Source of the DNA: Peribolospora baueri
Lineage: Eukaryota
Direction: 5' to 3'
Assembly (NCBI GenBank): GCA_029717555.1
Contig: JAMDHS010000005.1
Location: 248,001-312,000, forward strand
DNA length: 64,000 bases
The notes under the pieces were generated by a model that searched no databases, was not told the DNA's origin, and was given only the letters and a program-made list of their open reading frames with translations. Below, piece after piece: positions 52,262 through 64,000 of the stretch (position 1 is its first letter; each line of letters begins with the position of its first letter). The position numbers were made by a program, and so were the translations under genes.

Positions 52262-54268
52262 GAGGGGAGGGCGACGGCTGGATACGACGAGGGTGCGAGA
52301 ATGGAAAGGAGAGGGAATGAAAAAGGGGACAGAAGAAAGAGTGTGTGCGAAACTGGAGGCGATGATGGGGTCGACCTCTCTCTCTCCCTCTGCCTGCTGC
52401 CTGAAGGGTTCGCCGGGAAGATCGGAAGCCGCGGTGGTGTGAGGAGCGGGTGGGATTGGCCGACCGTGGGAAATTCCTCCTCTGCCGCAGCCGCTGTCAG
52501 TTTCGTTTTTGGGCGGCGGCGTCGTTCGTTGCTCTTTTTCTTTTCAAGAAACCATGTCCGGCGACTATCAATGCCCGCTGCGAAGGACCTCGAGTCCGAA
52601 GAGGCTTCGGGAGAGAAGCGCAGCGGGCTTCCGTGCGTCGGTAGAGCGCTCGGGTTTGGATGAGACGCCGTTTCTCTCTGGGGCTGGGGCCGGCTCTCGC
52701 TTCCTCGGATTCGAGGAGGTCGAGGCTACGTGGGCTCTTGGTCTATTGAAAGGACGGCACATCCCGCACCGGTTCGAATCCGCCGCTCTCGACGAGCGAG
52801 GTTTGATCCGAACTGGCGGGTGAGGAGATGGGGCGGGGTAGTAGTCGGCCTTGCGTCGCTGAATCGGTGTCTGTCGTGTGACTCTACCTGTACTTGGTTT
52901 TCCTTGCGTTGGAGTAAGCACGTAACAAAGACATGCTCGCCCGATCCTCTTCCTCCTTCCTCCTTCCCTTATCGTTCCTTGGCTTTGCCTTCAGCTTGGC
53001 TCGGCTTGGCTCGGTTCGGCTGACAGCGCCGAGTTGGGACTAGCTTGCGAGACGGTGTTTGGCAAAGGATTTCGATTTCGCTCGAGTGTGCGTCTATGGC
53101 TAAATAGGTCGTTATGTTACAGGGCGTGTCGCAGGGCAGCGCAGTGCCAACGTTAACTAACTACTGCCCGCCGGCCTTGCCTCCGTCCGTCCGTCTGTTT
53201 CACGTAAGTCGCGGCGTCGAGGCTCGGAGCTGTCCTGGAGGTGATGTGATGCGAAATGACCGCTCGTTCGGCTTCGTCTCCCTCGAGCGAGGTTCACTTG
53301 CGTTTATGGACCAACTGGCTGGATGGGCTGACTTTGGTTATGAAGAGGGGGTGCCGCTGCCGTCCGTCGGTGGCCGTGGACTGACTGGGAGCGAGACTCG
53401 GAAAAGGGGGCGCGGGCTCGATTCGACGCCCAAGACCAAGACCAAGCAAGATCCGGACGGGGCGCGGTGGGGGTGACCGAAGGCCGGGCGGGCGTCATCC
53501 AACGTCTTTCCCTCCCTCATCTCGATCAACTGGAAGCGGACCGATCGCGCCTTGGCCGAGGTTCATAGTTCCCGACGGCCAAGCCCGTTGGTCTGCCTCG
53601 CCTCGCCTCGCCTCGCCTCGCCGCCTTGGTGACAAGTAGCGTCCGATCGAGTACAGAACAGGACGGGCGCAGAAGCACGCGGAGCGGGGGAGGCGCATGT
53701 AAAAAAAAGCACGGTACGGTTAAGCGGGCGGCGTTGTCCTAGTTTGCCGTCGTCTCAAATCGACGACGGACGGACAGACGGAAGGAGAGGAGGCGCTCGG
53801 TTTATTGTGCTTGTGCCCCCTCGAGAAGGAAAAGCTGTGATGAAAGTAGAAGCGAGCTGGCTGGCTCCGTGGAACTATGAGGGCACCTTGCAGTCCATCC
53901 ATCCATCCATCCAACCATCCCAATCCATCCTTGGCGGCCCAATCTGTCAGTCTGTGTGTCCACCTGTCTGCCTGTCTGTCTCTCCTTGGTTGCGCTGTGT
54001 ATGTCCGAGGAGGAAACAAATGTGTACGAGGCCGTCTTTTGCCTTTCCGGTGTCTCACTCGTCCTGCCGCCGCCGGTGCCGCCGCCGCTGTGTGCCCGAT
54101 CCATCCATCCATCCATCTATCCATACATGGCCGACAAGTCAGTCGAAATCCGGGTCGGTGCGGAGGGTCCGATGGTCCGATGGCGTCGCACCCATCCAGT
54201 CCAACCATTCAGGCCATGCCGTCCTTCCTTCCGCTTTCGCTCCCTCCCTCCGTTCGCGTTCGTCCCTG

Positions 54269-54328
54269 CCATACCATACCATACCATACCATACCATACC
54301 ATACCATGCCATGCCATGCCATGCCATG
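54269..54328. repeat. Compound pentamer microsatellite (CCATA)7(CCATG)5
   Basis: Read directly from the MIC60-SOK1 intergenic region. Confidence 0.92.
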
Positions 54329-55092
54329 CTATGCCACCCGCCCGCCCCCGCTTCCGACGCGGTGAGCGCGCGTCGGTCGGCGTGGAGCAAAGGAAAGGGG
54401 GCGGCGGTGCGTACGTACCTACGTACCTACAGTTTCCCGTACGTGCTTAGTTGGCTAGCCTAGTCAGGGAGGGGAGGGAAGACGGCGACGAGAGACAAGA
54501 CACGCGGGTGGTGGTTGGTGGATGTGCGCTAAGTGGCCATAGCTAGATTCCGCGGCTCCTCCGCTGGCTGGCTGAGCCGATGGATGGCGGACGGCCCGTC
54601 TGTCTGTCCCTCTCTTTCTCCTTCGTTCCAGGTTCCAGGAGTCGAGAAGGAGGGGTAGAAGTAGTTACGCACGCAGTTAGTCGGCTGCCCGCCATCGTAC
54701 ATGAGCACAGCAAGAAAGAAGCCTGCCTGCCTACGCACGCCGTCCCGTCCAGGCAGGCAGCCCATCATGTAATGTAGTAGTCAGTCGAGTCGGCCCAGCG
54801 AGGCGTCGTCGGACACCGACCTATCTGTGCCCACGCCCGCCCGCTAGCAGAGACAGACAAGACAGACTGACAGAGAGAGAGGCAGCGGCGACGACGGAGG
54901 GAGGGAGGTACAGACGGCGGCGGTCCAGCGACACACAGACGGACAACTAATAACCAGCTAACCAACCGGTCAAAGCCAGCCAACCAGCCAGACTTAGACT
55001 GACTGACTGACGACGGCGATCCAACGCCATATCTCTCTCTCTCTCCCCCTTCCTCCTTTCTCCCTTCCACCCTCCTCCTCCGTCGCCGCTTC

Positions 55093-55122
55093 CTCCATCT
55101 CCATCTCCATCTCCATCTCCAT
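55093..55122. repeat. (CTCCAT)5 microsatellite in the SOK1 5' leader
   Basis: Read directly from the sequence. Confidence 0.88.
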
Positions 55123-55232
55123 CTTCCAGCCGTCCTTTCTTTCCTCCTCCTTCCCCTTCTCACCTCCCTTCACCACACCCTCCCGCTCCTCCTTCGTCCC
55201 CCACCCACATCGCCCTCATACCGCCCCCCATC

Positions 55233-58200
55233 ATGGACACCGCCTCCGACGAGGCCGGTGGATCCATGAACCCACACCCTCACCAACGCCTCTCCCCCTC
55301 CCTCACCCCCGCCCTCCCTCGCCCCAGCAAGCGCAAGCTCTCCGTCGCCCTCCACCACCAGCCCTCTAACGACCCCGCCCCAACCTCCCCTCCGGGCCCC
55401 TCCTCCTCCCCTTCGTCTTCCGCCGTCGTCGCCCCGTCAGAGGAGCCGGCGACGTTGGACGACGCTCAGCTCCACCACCGTCACCACCACCACCATCACC
55501 ACCGCGGGAGTAGGAGGATCGGCGGCCAGGGCGTGGCCATCTATGCCGACGACGACCCCCATCCCCTCGCCTCGCCCAGCCTCACCGTCAAGGACAGGGG
55601 TGACGCCGTCGGCGAGAGACCCGTCGTCCGCCGACCGAGGTGTCCTTCCCCGATGGGCTCCCAGGACGACGTCGGCCAGGCGCCCACCGACGCTGGCGTG
55701 GCCGCTGCGCCCGGAGCGTGGGCCGTGTCGATGGACGACGCTGCTTCGTTCGGCCCTCTGGCCGTCGACGGACACCACCACCACCACCGCCGCCGCTCTG
55801 GACACGCCGAGGAGCGCCGGATGGCCGCACCACAGCCTTCGTCGGTCGCCGTCGCGGACGCGCCTACGACCACCGCCGCCGACGCACCTTTGATTTCACT
55901 CTCACCGCAACCGCCGCCGACGCCATCGCTCGACCACACTCCTTCTTCCCACACTCCTCCTTCCACCTCTCATGCTCCTTCCACCTCCACGCCCGGACTC
56001 TCCCCCTCTTCCACCCTCACCTCCGCCTTCACCCCTTCCCCTCGCACCGCCAAGAAGGCGCTCTCGCCCTTCAGGCCCCTCCAGAGCTCACAGCTGCGCC
56101 GCGTCTCCCGCATCCGCTCCCGGTCTTCCCTCGCCCCTTCCCCCTCACCGGTCCCCACCAGCCGTCTCGACAACATGGCCCGATCCACCCAGTCCACACC
56201 GTCCTCAGCCTCGGCCAAGCTGGAGCCGCCTTACTCCCCTCTTCGTCCCTTCTCCTCTTCCCCCGCTCAGGCGCTCAACCCCACTCTCGCCCCCCCTCTT
56301 CACCACTCTCAGCTGCCCTCCCCGCTCAAGTTCAAGCAGCGCTTCGGCGCCCTGGTCGCCGGCTTGGGATCCGGCTTGACCATCCGTCGCCATAAGCAGA
56401 AGAGGAAGGAGAAGGACTGCGACGCCGAGGGAGACGCCGTCCGATCTAAGCAGCAAGATGAACGCGTCGGCGAAGCGCCCACGTCGGCCGCTCCCGCCGC
56501 TGGCGGCGCCGTGAACGGCCAGGCTTCTGTCTCCGACTCCATGACCGACCACCTCGCCAAGCCGCCCCCCAGCGCAGAAGCGAGTGCTGCGCTCAGCGCT
56601 GCCGAACCCCGCTCGGAGCCGTCGTCGACGCTCGGTCCGGCTCGGGCCGAAGGTGAGGTCGAAGGAGATGGTGCAAAGGGCACGGAGAGGTATCGTCTCG
56701 TCTCGGCTTCCGCCGAATCGTCGTCGTCCGAGCCAGACGACGGTCTCCGCGGCGAGGCCGGGCCAGCTACGACGTTCACCGGTACGTTGGCCGAAGTCCG
56801 GCCCAGGGAGGAGGAGGACAGCGAAGGCGCGGGGGACGAGGAGGACGAGCCGGCGGACGACGGCATGCAACGTCCATCGAGGAAACGTCAGCGCATCGTC
56901 ACCAGTCGCGGCGGCCCTCGAGGAGGACATGAATGCATGCATCGGGAGAGCGACAACTCGCGCTATTGCTCCACCTTTTCTCACGACACCGGTGTGCTCA
57001 TGGGCGTCCCTAACCCATCATCGGACTCGGCCTTGGCCGTTGGCGTGGCGCCTTCTGTCTCGCACCCCGTCTCCGCCCCGCGCGACGTCACAAGTCCCTC
57101 ATCGTTTGCTCAAGTCTCTCAAGTCTCTGCTCCCGTTTCCTCCATCACGCCCACCACGTCTGCCGTCGCCGTTTCGACCGCGGCTGCGATCGGTGGCGTG
57201 TCGAGCGCCATAGCCAGCCCCTTCGTGCCCGCCCACACCACCCTGCCTTCCTCTTCTGCCACACTCTCCGCCAGTCCTACCGCAGCCGCGCCCATTGCTC
57301 CGGCGTCAAGCCACCACCACCACCATCACCACCACCACCACCACAACAACTCTCGGCATCTCACCGGCGTCCCATCGTCCAAGCCCGGTCACGCTCGCTC
57401 CGGGAGCGTGGCCGCCGCCTCGCGCGGCCCTTCTCAGACGATGCAGCACTCCGCCCCTTCGTCGTCGTCGTCGTCGTCGACTCGCAAGGACGCCGTCAAG
57501 CCTGCTGACCCTTCCGCTGCTCAGCACGTTCAAGCGGCCATGCTCGCGAGCATGACCACCAGGCGCCCCGTGCCTCCGCAAACGGCGCTTTCCAGCTCGA
57601 CACTGACCCGCAGGAAGGGCGGCGCCCGTCCGCGGCGGGCACACAGCCTGCCCAACATGCGCTCGAGGGCGCTGTTGGACCTCAACTCAAGCAATGGACA
57701 TCGGTTCATTTTGCCCCATCACCTGTCCCACTTGCCGCCGGCTTATCAGCACCCTATGCACTCCCCCTCAGCTGCCCGACTACCTCTTCCGCCTTCGCCC
57801 ACCGTCTCCCTCATCGCCGGCGTCTCGGCCACCCACGTTTCCTCGCTGGCCTCTCAGTCCGCCTTTGCGGTAGCGGCGGCCGCTGCCCACGCTGCGCCCG
57901 TTTCATCCCACGCCCATTCGTCCTCATCCCACGCTCGTGTCATGTTCACCCCCTCTCTTCACCCGCCCATCACCCGCCACACCCTGCGCGAGCTCGACTT
58001 GTGCGAGATCCTCAAGAACCCGCAGCTACGTCACGATGTCGTCTTTGACCCCAACCTCCAGTTCCGCCCCAACTTTGACGGCGAGCGCGGTAAGCGCAAA
58101 CGCGAGGCCGGTGAGCGGTACTGGGTCGCCGTGGCGAGGGAGATTGAGCTTGGGTGCACTTGCACTACCTTTGAGGGGCTCGAGGTGATGCGCTGCGTTT

Positions 58201-61200
58201 GTAAGAACGTGGCCGCCGCCTCGCCATCCGCATCTGCCTCGCGCAGGGAGAAGGACAGGGACAAGGGCAAGGGCAAGGGCAAGGGCAAGGAGTTGGACGG
58301 CGTCGGCTTGGGCTGCCACGGCCACATTTCGGACAGGTCGCATTCGGGCCCTTTTTCTTCCTCTTCTTCTTCCTCTTCGCCGTCTTCGTCAAAGCGCTTA
58401 CATCACGCCGCTGGGCCTATGATGAGCTTACCGTCTCGCATACCGCTGCTCATTCACGAGCTCCGGGCCATCTGCCTCTCCATCCTGCCTTCCAATCTGC
58501 CTTCCGATACCATCGGGCCTTCGCCTCCCGCCACGAGCTCCTCTTCGAACGGCGACGGCGGCGGAGGCAGAGCAGGAGCCTCGACGCAGTACTCGCCCAA
58601 CGCCGGCGCCCCAGCCAGCATCGGCGGGCCAACGTTCGTCTTCCCCCCGGCCTCAGCGACGCACCACGCTCTCATCGCACACACTCTCGACCCGGCCCTC
58701 ATCGCTCAAGAGCTACAACACAAGGTCCTCGACGTACCTGCACTCGTCCGGTTCATGGGCTCTGTCCTCAAGCTTCATTGCGCGCCGATGAGGGACGAGG
58801 CGATTGAGAGGATGGTGGACGTGGTTTGTAAAGAGGGAGAGGTGGCCAAGGGACTGAGAATGTGCTTTGAGATTTTGGAGCTGATGAAGTTGGTGCGTAG
58901 GATTTTCCTCTTTCCATTCATTTTCTTTTCATTTTCATTTTCCCTTTCGTTCGAGGGCCAGTCAAGGGCTTTTTTTTTTCGAACGGATCTCCTTCTCGGG
59001 ACCGAGCTTCGTTCACCGTTGGCTCATATATTTTCATATTTTCACTTCCTTTGCCCGTTCAGGACATCGCTAATCACCAGCTCCGCTCCACCCGGCCGTA
59101 TCTCCTCGAGACGGCCGTCGAATTTGAGATCAAGTGGTTTCGCGATCAGGTGGAGCACCACAAACTCTCTCTCGACCGCACTTGTGCTTGGTTCGCCACG
59201 AGCGTGCGCCGGGTCCGCGCTTCCCTCGCTCCCAGCGGCGGTGGAGATGCCTTGACGACTTGCAAGATGACCCGAGCCGAGCTCGTGTCGTTTGCCTTTA
59301 TCGACGGTCTCTTGAACCTCGTCTTCGTCCCTCCCGCACCGTTGACCACCGTCCTCCAGCACCCGGCCTCGGGCTTGGGCCCGACGTCGACGTCGACTTC
59401 GACGCGCACCTCTGCCTCGCCTTCCTCCTCTTCGCTCAACCTCTCCTACGCCGCGTGTTACCCGGAGACGTTCCAGCTGGACGCGTACAGACTCGTCACG
59501 TTCCACAACGACGTGACCGACCTGACCATCGTGTACATGCTCCTCCTCCTCTTCCGACAGCTCGCCTGCTCCCCCGCCGCACCTTGTGCCGCCCCCGGGG
59601 CGCCCCAGGACCGCTCCGTGGCGGCGCTCAGGGCGAGGAAGACGGCGAGCGTGGCCGCTCAGCTAGCCCAGGCGCACTTGGAAGGCGTGAAAGCGGAGAT
59701 GTGGTGCCTGCTCAACGACGCCAACATGCGCATATCCGCCGGCCTTGCTTCTTCTCCTACCGCCGAGACCACGACCACGGCCCAAGGAGCGGGTGCGGGA
59801 GCGGGCGGGCAGAGCAAGGCGTCCGAAGGAGCCGGCGCCGGCGCTTCTCGCTCGGCTTTCAACGCCAACATGTCCTCCATCACTCGGCCTTTGATGGGCT
59901 CTCCGTCGTCGTCGTCGTCGTCCTTCGCTTCGAGCTCTGACGGAGCTTCCTCTTCGCCTCCTCAGCGGTCCCACACCTCCGGAGGCGGTTCCGCCACGAC
60001 GTCCTTCGACGGAAAGCTCTTCCTCGGCCCGTCTGGAGGGGCGGCCAAATTCGAAGACAGGAGGTGGCGCGAGGCGATGAGCGACGTCGTCCTCCAGGTC
60101 GCCGCCCGCGCTCAGGCCGTCCAGGCTTGCGCGGCCGACGCGGTGGCCAAGGGCATCGAGGCGCGCGTCGCCGCTTCCGCCCTCGCTCGCTCCTCCGCTG
60201 GCTCTGGCTCCGGTTCCGGCTCCGGTTCCAGCTGCTCCCCGCTGATGGGAAAGAAGCCTCCGAGCGCCAAGGACGTGGCGCTACTCAACTCGTGGCTCGA
60301 CACCAACCTCCGACCGCAGTCTTCGCTTTACACTCTCCTCCAAGCTCGACTTCGTTCGGCGCTGCACACCATCCTCGTTGAGCAGCTCGGTATCTCTCCC
60401 AACGCTTCTCCTTCCTCTTCATCTTGTCCCTCTTTGCCCTCGTCCGCTGCCGCCGCCGCCGCCAGAGCGGCGGCGATGGCCGCTCGGCTTGCGCGCGGCT
60501 CTGCGCAGAAGCGAGGCCGGCCTACCGGTGCGGGCGCGGGCGGCTTGAAAGCGAACCTGTCGTCGGCGGCGACGGTCGCGAAGAAGAGGCGACGATTGGA
60601 CGAGGCCGGGTCGAGGTGTCGTTCGAAGGAGGTGGCCGAGGAGGAGGAGACGGATGGGGAGGAGACGAGTGGCGATGCGGAGGGGGGTTCGGACGACGTG
60701 GATTCGGAGATGGACATCGATAGTCGTGACGAGGATGAGGACGAAGAGGAAGACGAGGAGGAGGAGGAGGACGACGACGACGACGACGACGAGGGTGAGG
60801 ACGAGGACGGAGGCGAAGAGGAGAGCGACGAGAAAGAGAGCCTGTGGGCCACTTCGTCTTCCACCGCTGCGGCCACGATCGCGCGTGGGAGGCCGGTCGT
60901 GGATAGGCCACTCAAGCCTAGCGCGATCAAGGCGAAGCTGGATGGCAAAGCTGACGGTGGACGACTCGGCTCTTCTTTGGCCTCGGCGGGTCGCGACGCG
61001 CCCGCCCCCGCTCCCGCCGCACACTTTACCCCTCCTCCTCCTCCTTCCCCTATGACAACGCCACCCGACTCGGAAACGGCGATCGCCCGCGCCGGTCTGG
61101 AGCCTCTGTCGGCAGAGGTGCGGCTCCTGGCCGAGCGGGTGGTCAAGGTGGGCGCATTCCACTTGAGGGTGTTTAGGAGCTTGTATGAGATGGTCGTTGT

Positions 61201-61204
61201 GTAA
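55233..61204 (+). CDS. SOK1: T-complex 11 (TCP11/Sok1) family protein, ~1933 aa
   Basis: 2 exons (intron 58893-59062). Motifs LHPPITRHTLRELDLCEILKNPQLRHDVVFDPNLQFRPNFDGERG, LKLHCAPMRD, ILELMKLDIANHQLR, YPETFQLDAYRL and VGAFHLRVFRSLY. Confidence 0.9.
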
Positions 61205-63304
61205 GCGGCCGTCCGTCTCCCTTGCCTTCGAGGTTCGAATGCCGTCCGTCGTCTCTCCTTCTTTCTTGTTCAACTTTTTCTTTTCTCGCTCGACGCGACC
61301 CGCCCATCCTTACGTGCTCATCTTTTCCGAGCGGCTGGCCGACTCTTGTCGTGTCGCCCCCTTCCTTCTTTTCTCCTCCCCGACGCTCGTTTCTTCTTCT
61401 CCGTCCTTACTTGTTTCGTTGCCAGCTGATCCGACTCGTCTCGACTCGTCTCTTTTCGTTTCGTCTCGTCTGGTCTCATAGCCGCCGTCTGTCTGTCTTT
61501 TGTCATCGTATCGTATCTTGCCTATCCATCCATCCATCGTTCGTCTTTACCATTGCGTATCTCCATTCTGTCCAACCCCGTACGTAGCCTACAGACCTTT
61601 CTCTTTCGTCCCTCCGTCTCTCCGTCCGTCGTTTCGTTTCGCCATCCGTTTGCGCTTCTCTGTCCGTTCGTCCGTCCGTCCTTTCTCGTTCTCTCTTCCG
61701 TGTCTGCGTAAACCTGTGCTGTGTTTCACCTTTATGCGAGTCGGCCCTTGAGTGATGCCAGCGCAGAGTGGGGTGAGCGAGTCCGAGTCGAGGCGAGTAG
61801 AGTACTCCGGCCGGCGAGTAAGTATACATATACTATCATCCATACACGACGGGCCTGGCCCAACGGGGACAGAAAGGTAAGGCGGGCGGGCGATCACGCG
61901 CAAGTCGATCCGGATCGGCCGATGTGGTGCGTCCGTCCCCGTCCGTCGGCCGGGAGCGCCTTGGCCTGCTTCCCTTGCCTTGCGTTGCGTCGCTTCTCCT
62001 CGTCTCGGTCGCTCGGTCGCTCGGTCGGCCGGTCGGCCGGTCGGTCTGTCTGCGGGCTGGATGTATGTACGGATGTGTGTTGTATGTTGTATATCGTATG
62101 TAGATGGAGTGCGTAGAGAAGACAGACAAGACAGGACAGAAGACGGCTCGAGTGGTCGGGGCAAGGGACAAGACGCACGGGGGTGCGTAAGCGAGGGAGC
62201 GAAGAGAGGGTAGCGCGACCGCTTGCTTGCTGGCTGGCTTGCTTACAGTCGCTTATTTATTACCTTTCCGGAATCGACGCCATTTCTAATCCCACCTTTG
62301 GCCTTTCGTTCGCCGCTGCCGCCCGCCTTTTCCGCCGGACGTCCTTTCTTTCTTTCTTTCTTTCCTTTTTTTTATGACCCTCTCTCCGTTCGCCACGAGG
62401 TCCGTCGAATCGAATCGAGTCGACGTCGCTCCTGCGCTCCGTTGCCTCCTTCGGTCCGGCCTTGTCTCGGCGTGCGTCTGCGTCCCAGCCAACTCAGCTA
62501 GCTCCTTCCTGTCTGTCGGTCGGGTCTGGTCTCACTTGCTTCCCCGACCGCCCCCTTGGCTCGGCTCTGCCTTGGCCTGGCCTTTTTCCTTCCTTCCTCG
62601 TCCGCGCCCGCTCGCCGGCCTTGCCGCAGCCGTCGCCTGTCGCGGTCTCCACTCGCCCGCTCCCTCCATCCGCCGCCGGTCGTCTCCTCCCGCCCGCTCG
62701 CTTCGCCCCTTCTGTGCGCCCTCGGCCGAGTCGAGTGCACACCATCGCTCCGACCATCATCCATCATCCATCCATCGTCCATCGTCGTCTATCAGTCGCC
62801 AGTCGTCACTCGTCAGCCATCCTCCTCCCACTTCCATCCCACTTCCATCGCCACTCCCACTTCTCATCGCCACATCCACTCTCCCGCCGACCTCCCTTCT
62901 CCACTCCCCTTTCTCCCCAACACCGACCGACGCCCGACGCCCGACGGCCCCGACGCCGCCCGCCGTCCTTCGTCACACGCCAAAACCGAAAACCCAAAAC
63001 ACACGTTCATCTTGCTCCCCCCCCACCTTTTTTTTTTTCTTTCCGTGGCCCCTCCCCTCCCCTCCCCGTCGCATCGCATCGCATCGCATTGTACATCGAG
63101 CGCGAGCGAGAAGACAGATCGACACCCCGCTTCCTCGCAACCACACCCCACGGTCGTACACCACCGACATCACCACTACTACCACTCACCACTCCTCTCC
63201 TCTAGCTGGACTGCTAGCTGGCCACCGCGCCCCACGTTCGCCCCCACTCAGCTCCCACTCCTCTCCGCCCGCTCACACGCCCCAACCGCGACCGCCCCGC
63301 TGCC

Positions 63305-64000
63305 ATGTCTGTCGAACTCAACCCCCACGTCCAGCTCGGGTTCCCGCGTGCGTTTCTTTTGTCATCTTTCCTCCTCCTATCTCTCGTCCGTCCCAGTCGC
63401 CGCCCGAGCCCGTGGTGGTGGCCCGGCGGATCGGATCAGACGGCCGTCGACGCCCTTCACGCCCCCGCCGGCCTCCTTCGCTCACCCATCCGTCCCTCCC
63501 CCATTCCCCCCCCAACAGGCCCATTGACCCAGCTCGTCAAGCGCACCCTTGTCGTCTCCAACCCCAACGCCCAGCCTGTCGCCTTCAAGGTTAAGACCAC
63601 CGCACCCAAGCAGTACTGCGTCCGGCCCAACTCGGGCCGCATCGAGCCTGGACAGAAGGTCGAAGTCGCCGGTGAGCCCCATCCGCCTCCCTTTTGTCCC
63701 TTTCCTTCTAGCCATCGCCGACTGAACATTCCTCTCTCTCTCTCTCTCCAGTCCTCCTCCAGCCGATGAAGGAGGAGCCGCCCATGTCAGCCAAGTGCCG
63801 GGATAAGTTCTTGGTCCAATCCACCATCGTCACCCCGGATCGCGAGGACGTCCCGATCCAAAACCTGTGGGCCATGCTGGAGAAGGACGATAAGAAGTCG
63901 ATCCACGAGCAGAAGATCCGATGCGCTTTCTTGCCCCCGCAGTCCGCCCCCGTCCCTGAGGAGGACGGCATCGACGCCGCGGGCGCTTCGTTCAACGCAG
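63305..64000 (+). CDS. SCS2: VAP/Scs2 ER MSP-domain protein (5' part; runs off the window end)
   Basis: Exons 63305-63347, 63519-63671 and 63752 onward. VAP signature VAFKVKTTAPKQYCVRPNSG and KCRDKFLVQS. Confidence 0.95.

Noticed and set aside
50169..52442. 757-aa and 414-aa plus-strand ORFs
   Set aside because: Antisense shadows of the high-GC3 MIC60 coding exon, with no domain content of their own.
52509..53476. Short ORFs upstream of MIC60
   Set aside because: No splice-consistent model or recognisable motif, so treated as intergenic.
62374..63594. 406-aa and 323-aa plus-strand ORFs upstream of SCS2
   Set aside because: Non-ATG starts in pyrimidine-rich low-complexity leader sequence that lacks stops by composition.

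Overview
This is an intron-rich, GC-rich fungal genomic window, most likely from a basidiomycete (GT-AG introns of about 70-200 nt, roughly 90 introns by my count). It holds 22 protein-coding genes plus one tRNA gene. Housekeeping genes in order: MPP10 (partial), SRP68, TRS33, RPN11, USB1, CDC42, a SPRY-less LisH/CTLH/CRA protein, SRP receptor beta, a GPI-signal GH5_7 beta-mannanase, tRNA-Glu(TTC), APC15-like, MTHFR, UPF1, SLM3/TRMU, a DnaJ membrane protein, MIC60, a very long SOK1/TCP11 protein and SCS2/VAP (partial). Four further genes are uncharacterised. I saw no intact transposon, CRISPR array or biosynthetic cluster. The strongest signals are: (1) a 2-nt micro-exon needed to keep the mannanase in frame just before its catalytic Glu; (2) an uncharacterised protein whose motifs resemble CINP/C1orf109, the adaptors of the metazoan 55LCC AAA+ complex; (3) a ~580-nt densely base-paired segment directly after the UPF1 stop codon; (4) a tRNA-Glu gene with a 6-nt intron. 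Gene models were spliced by hand and family calls come from recalled motifs, not database searches.
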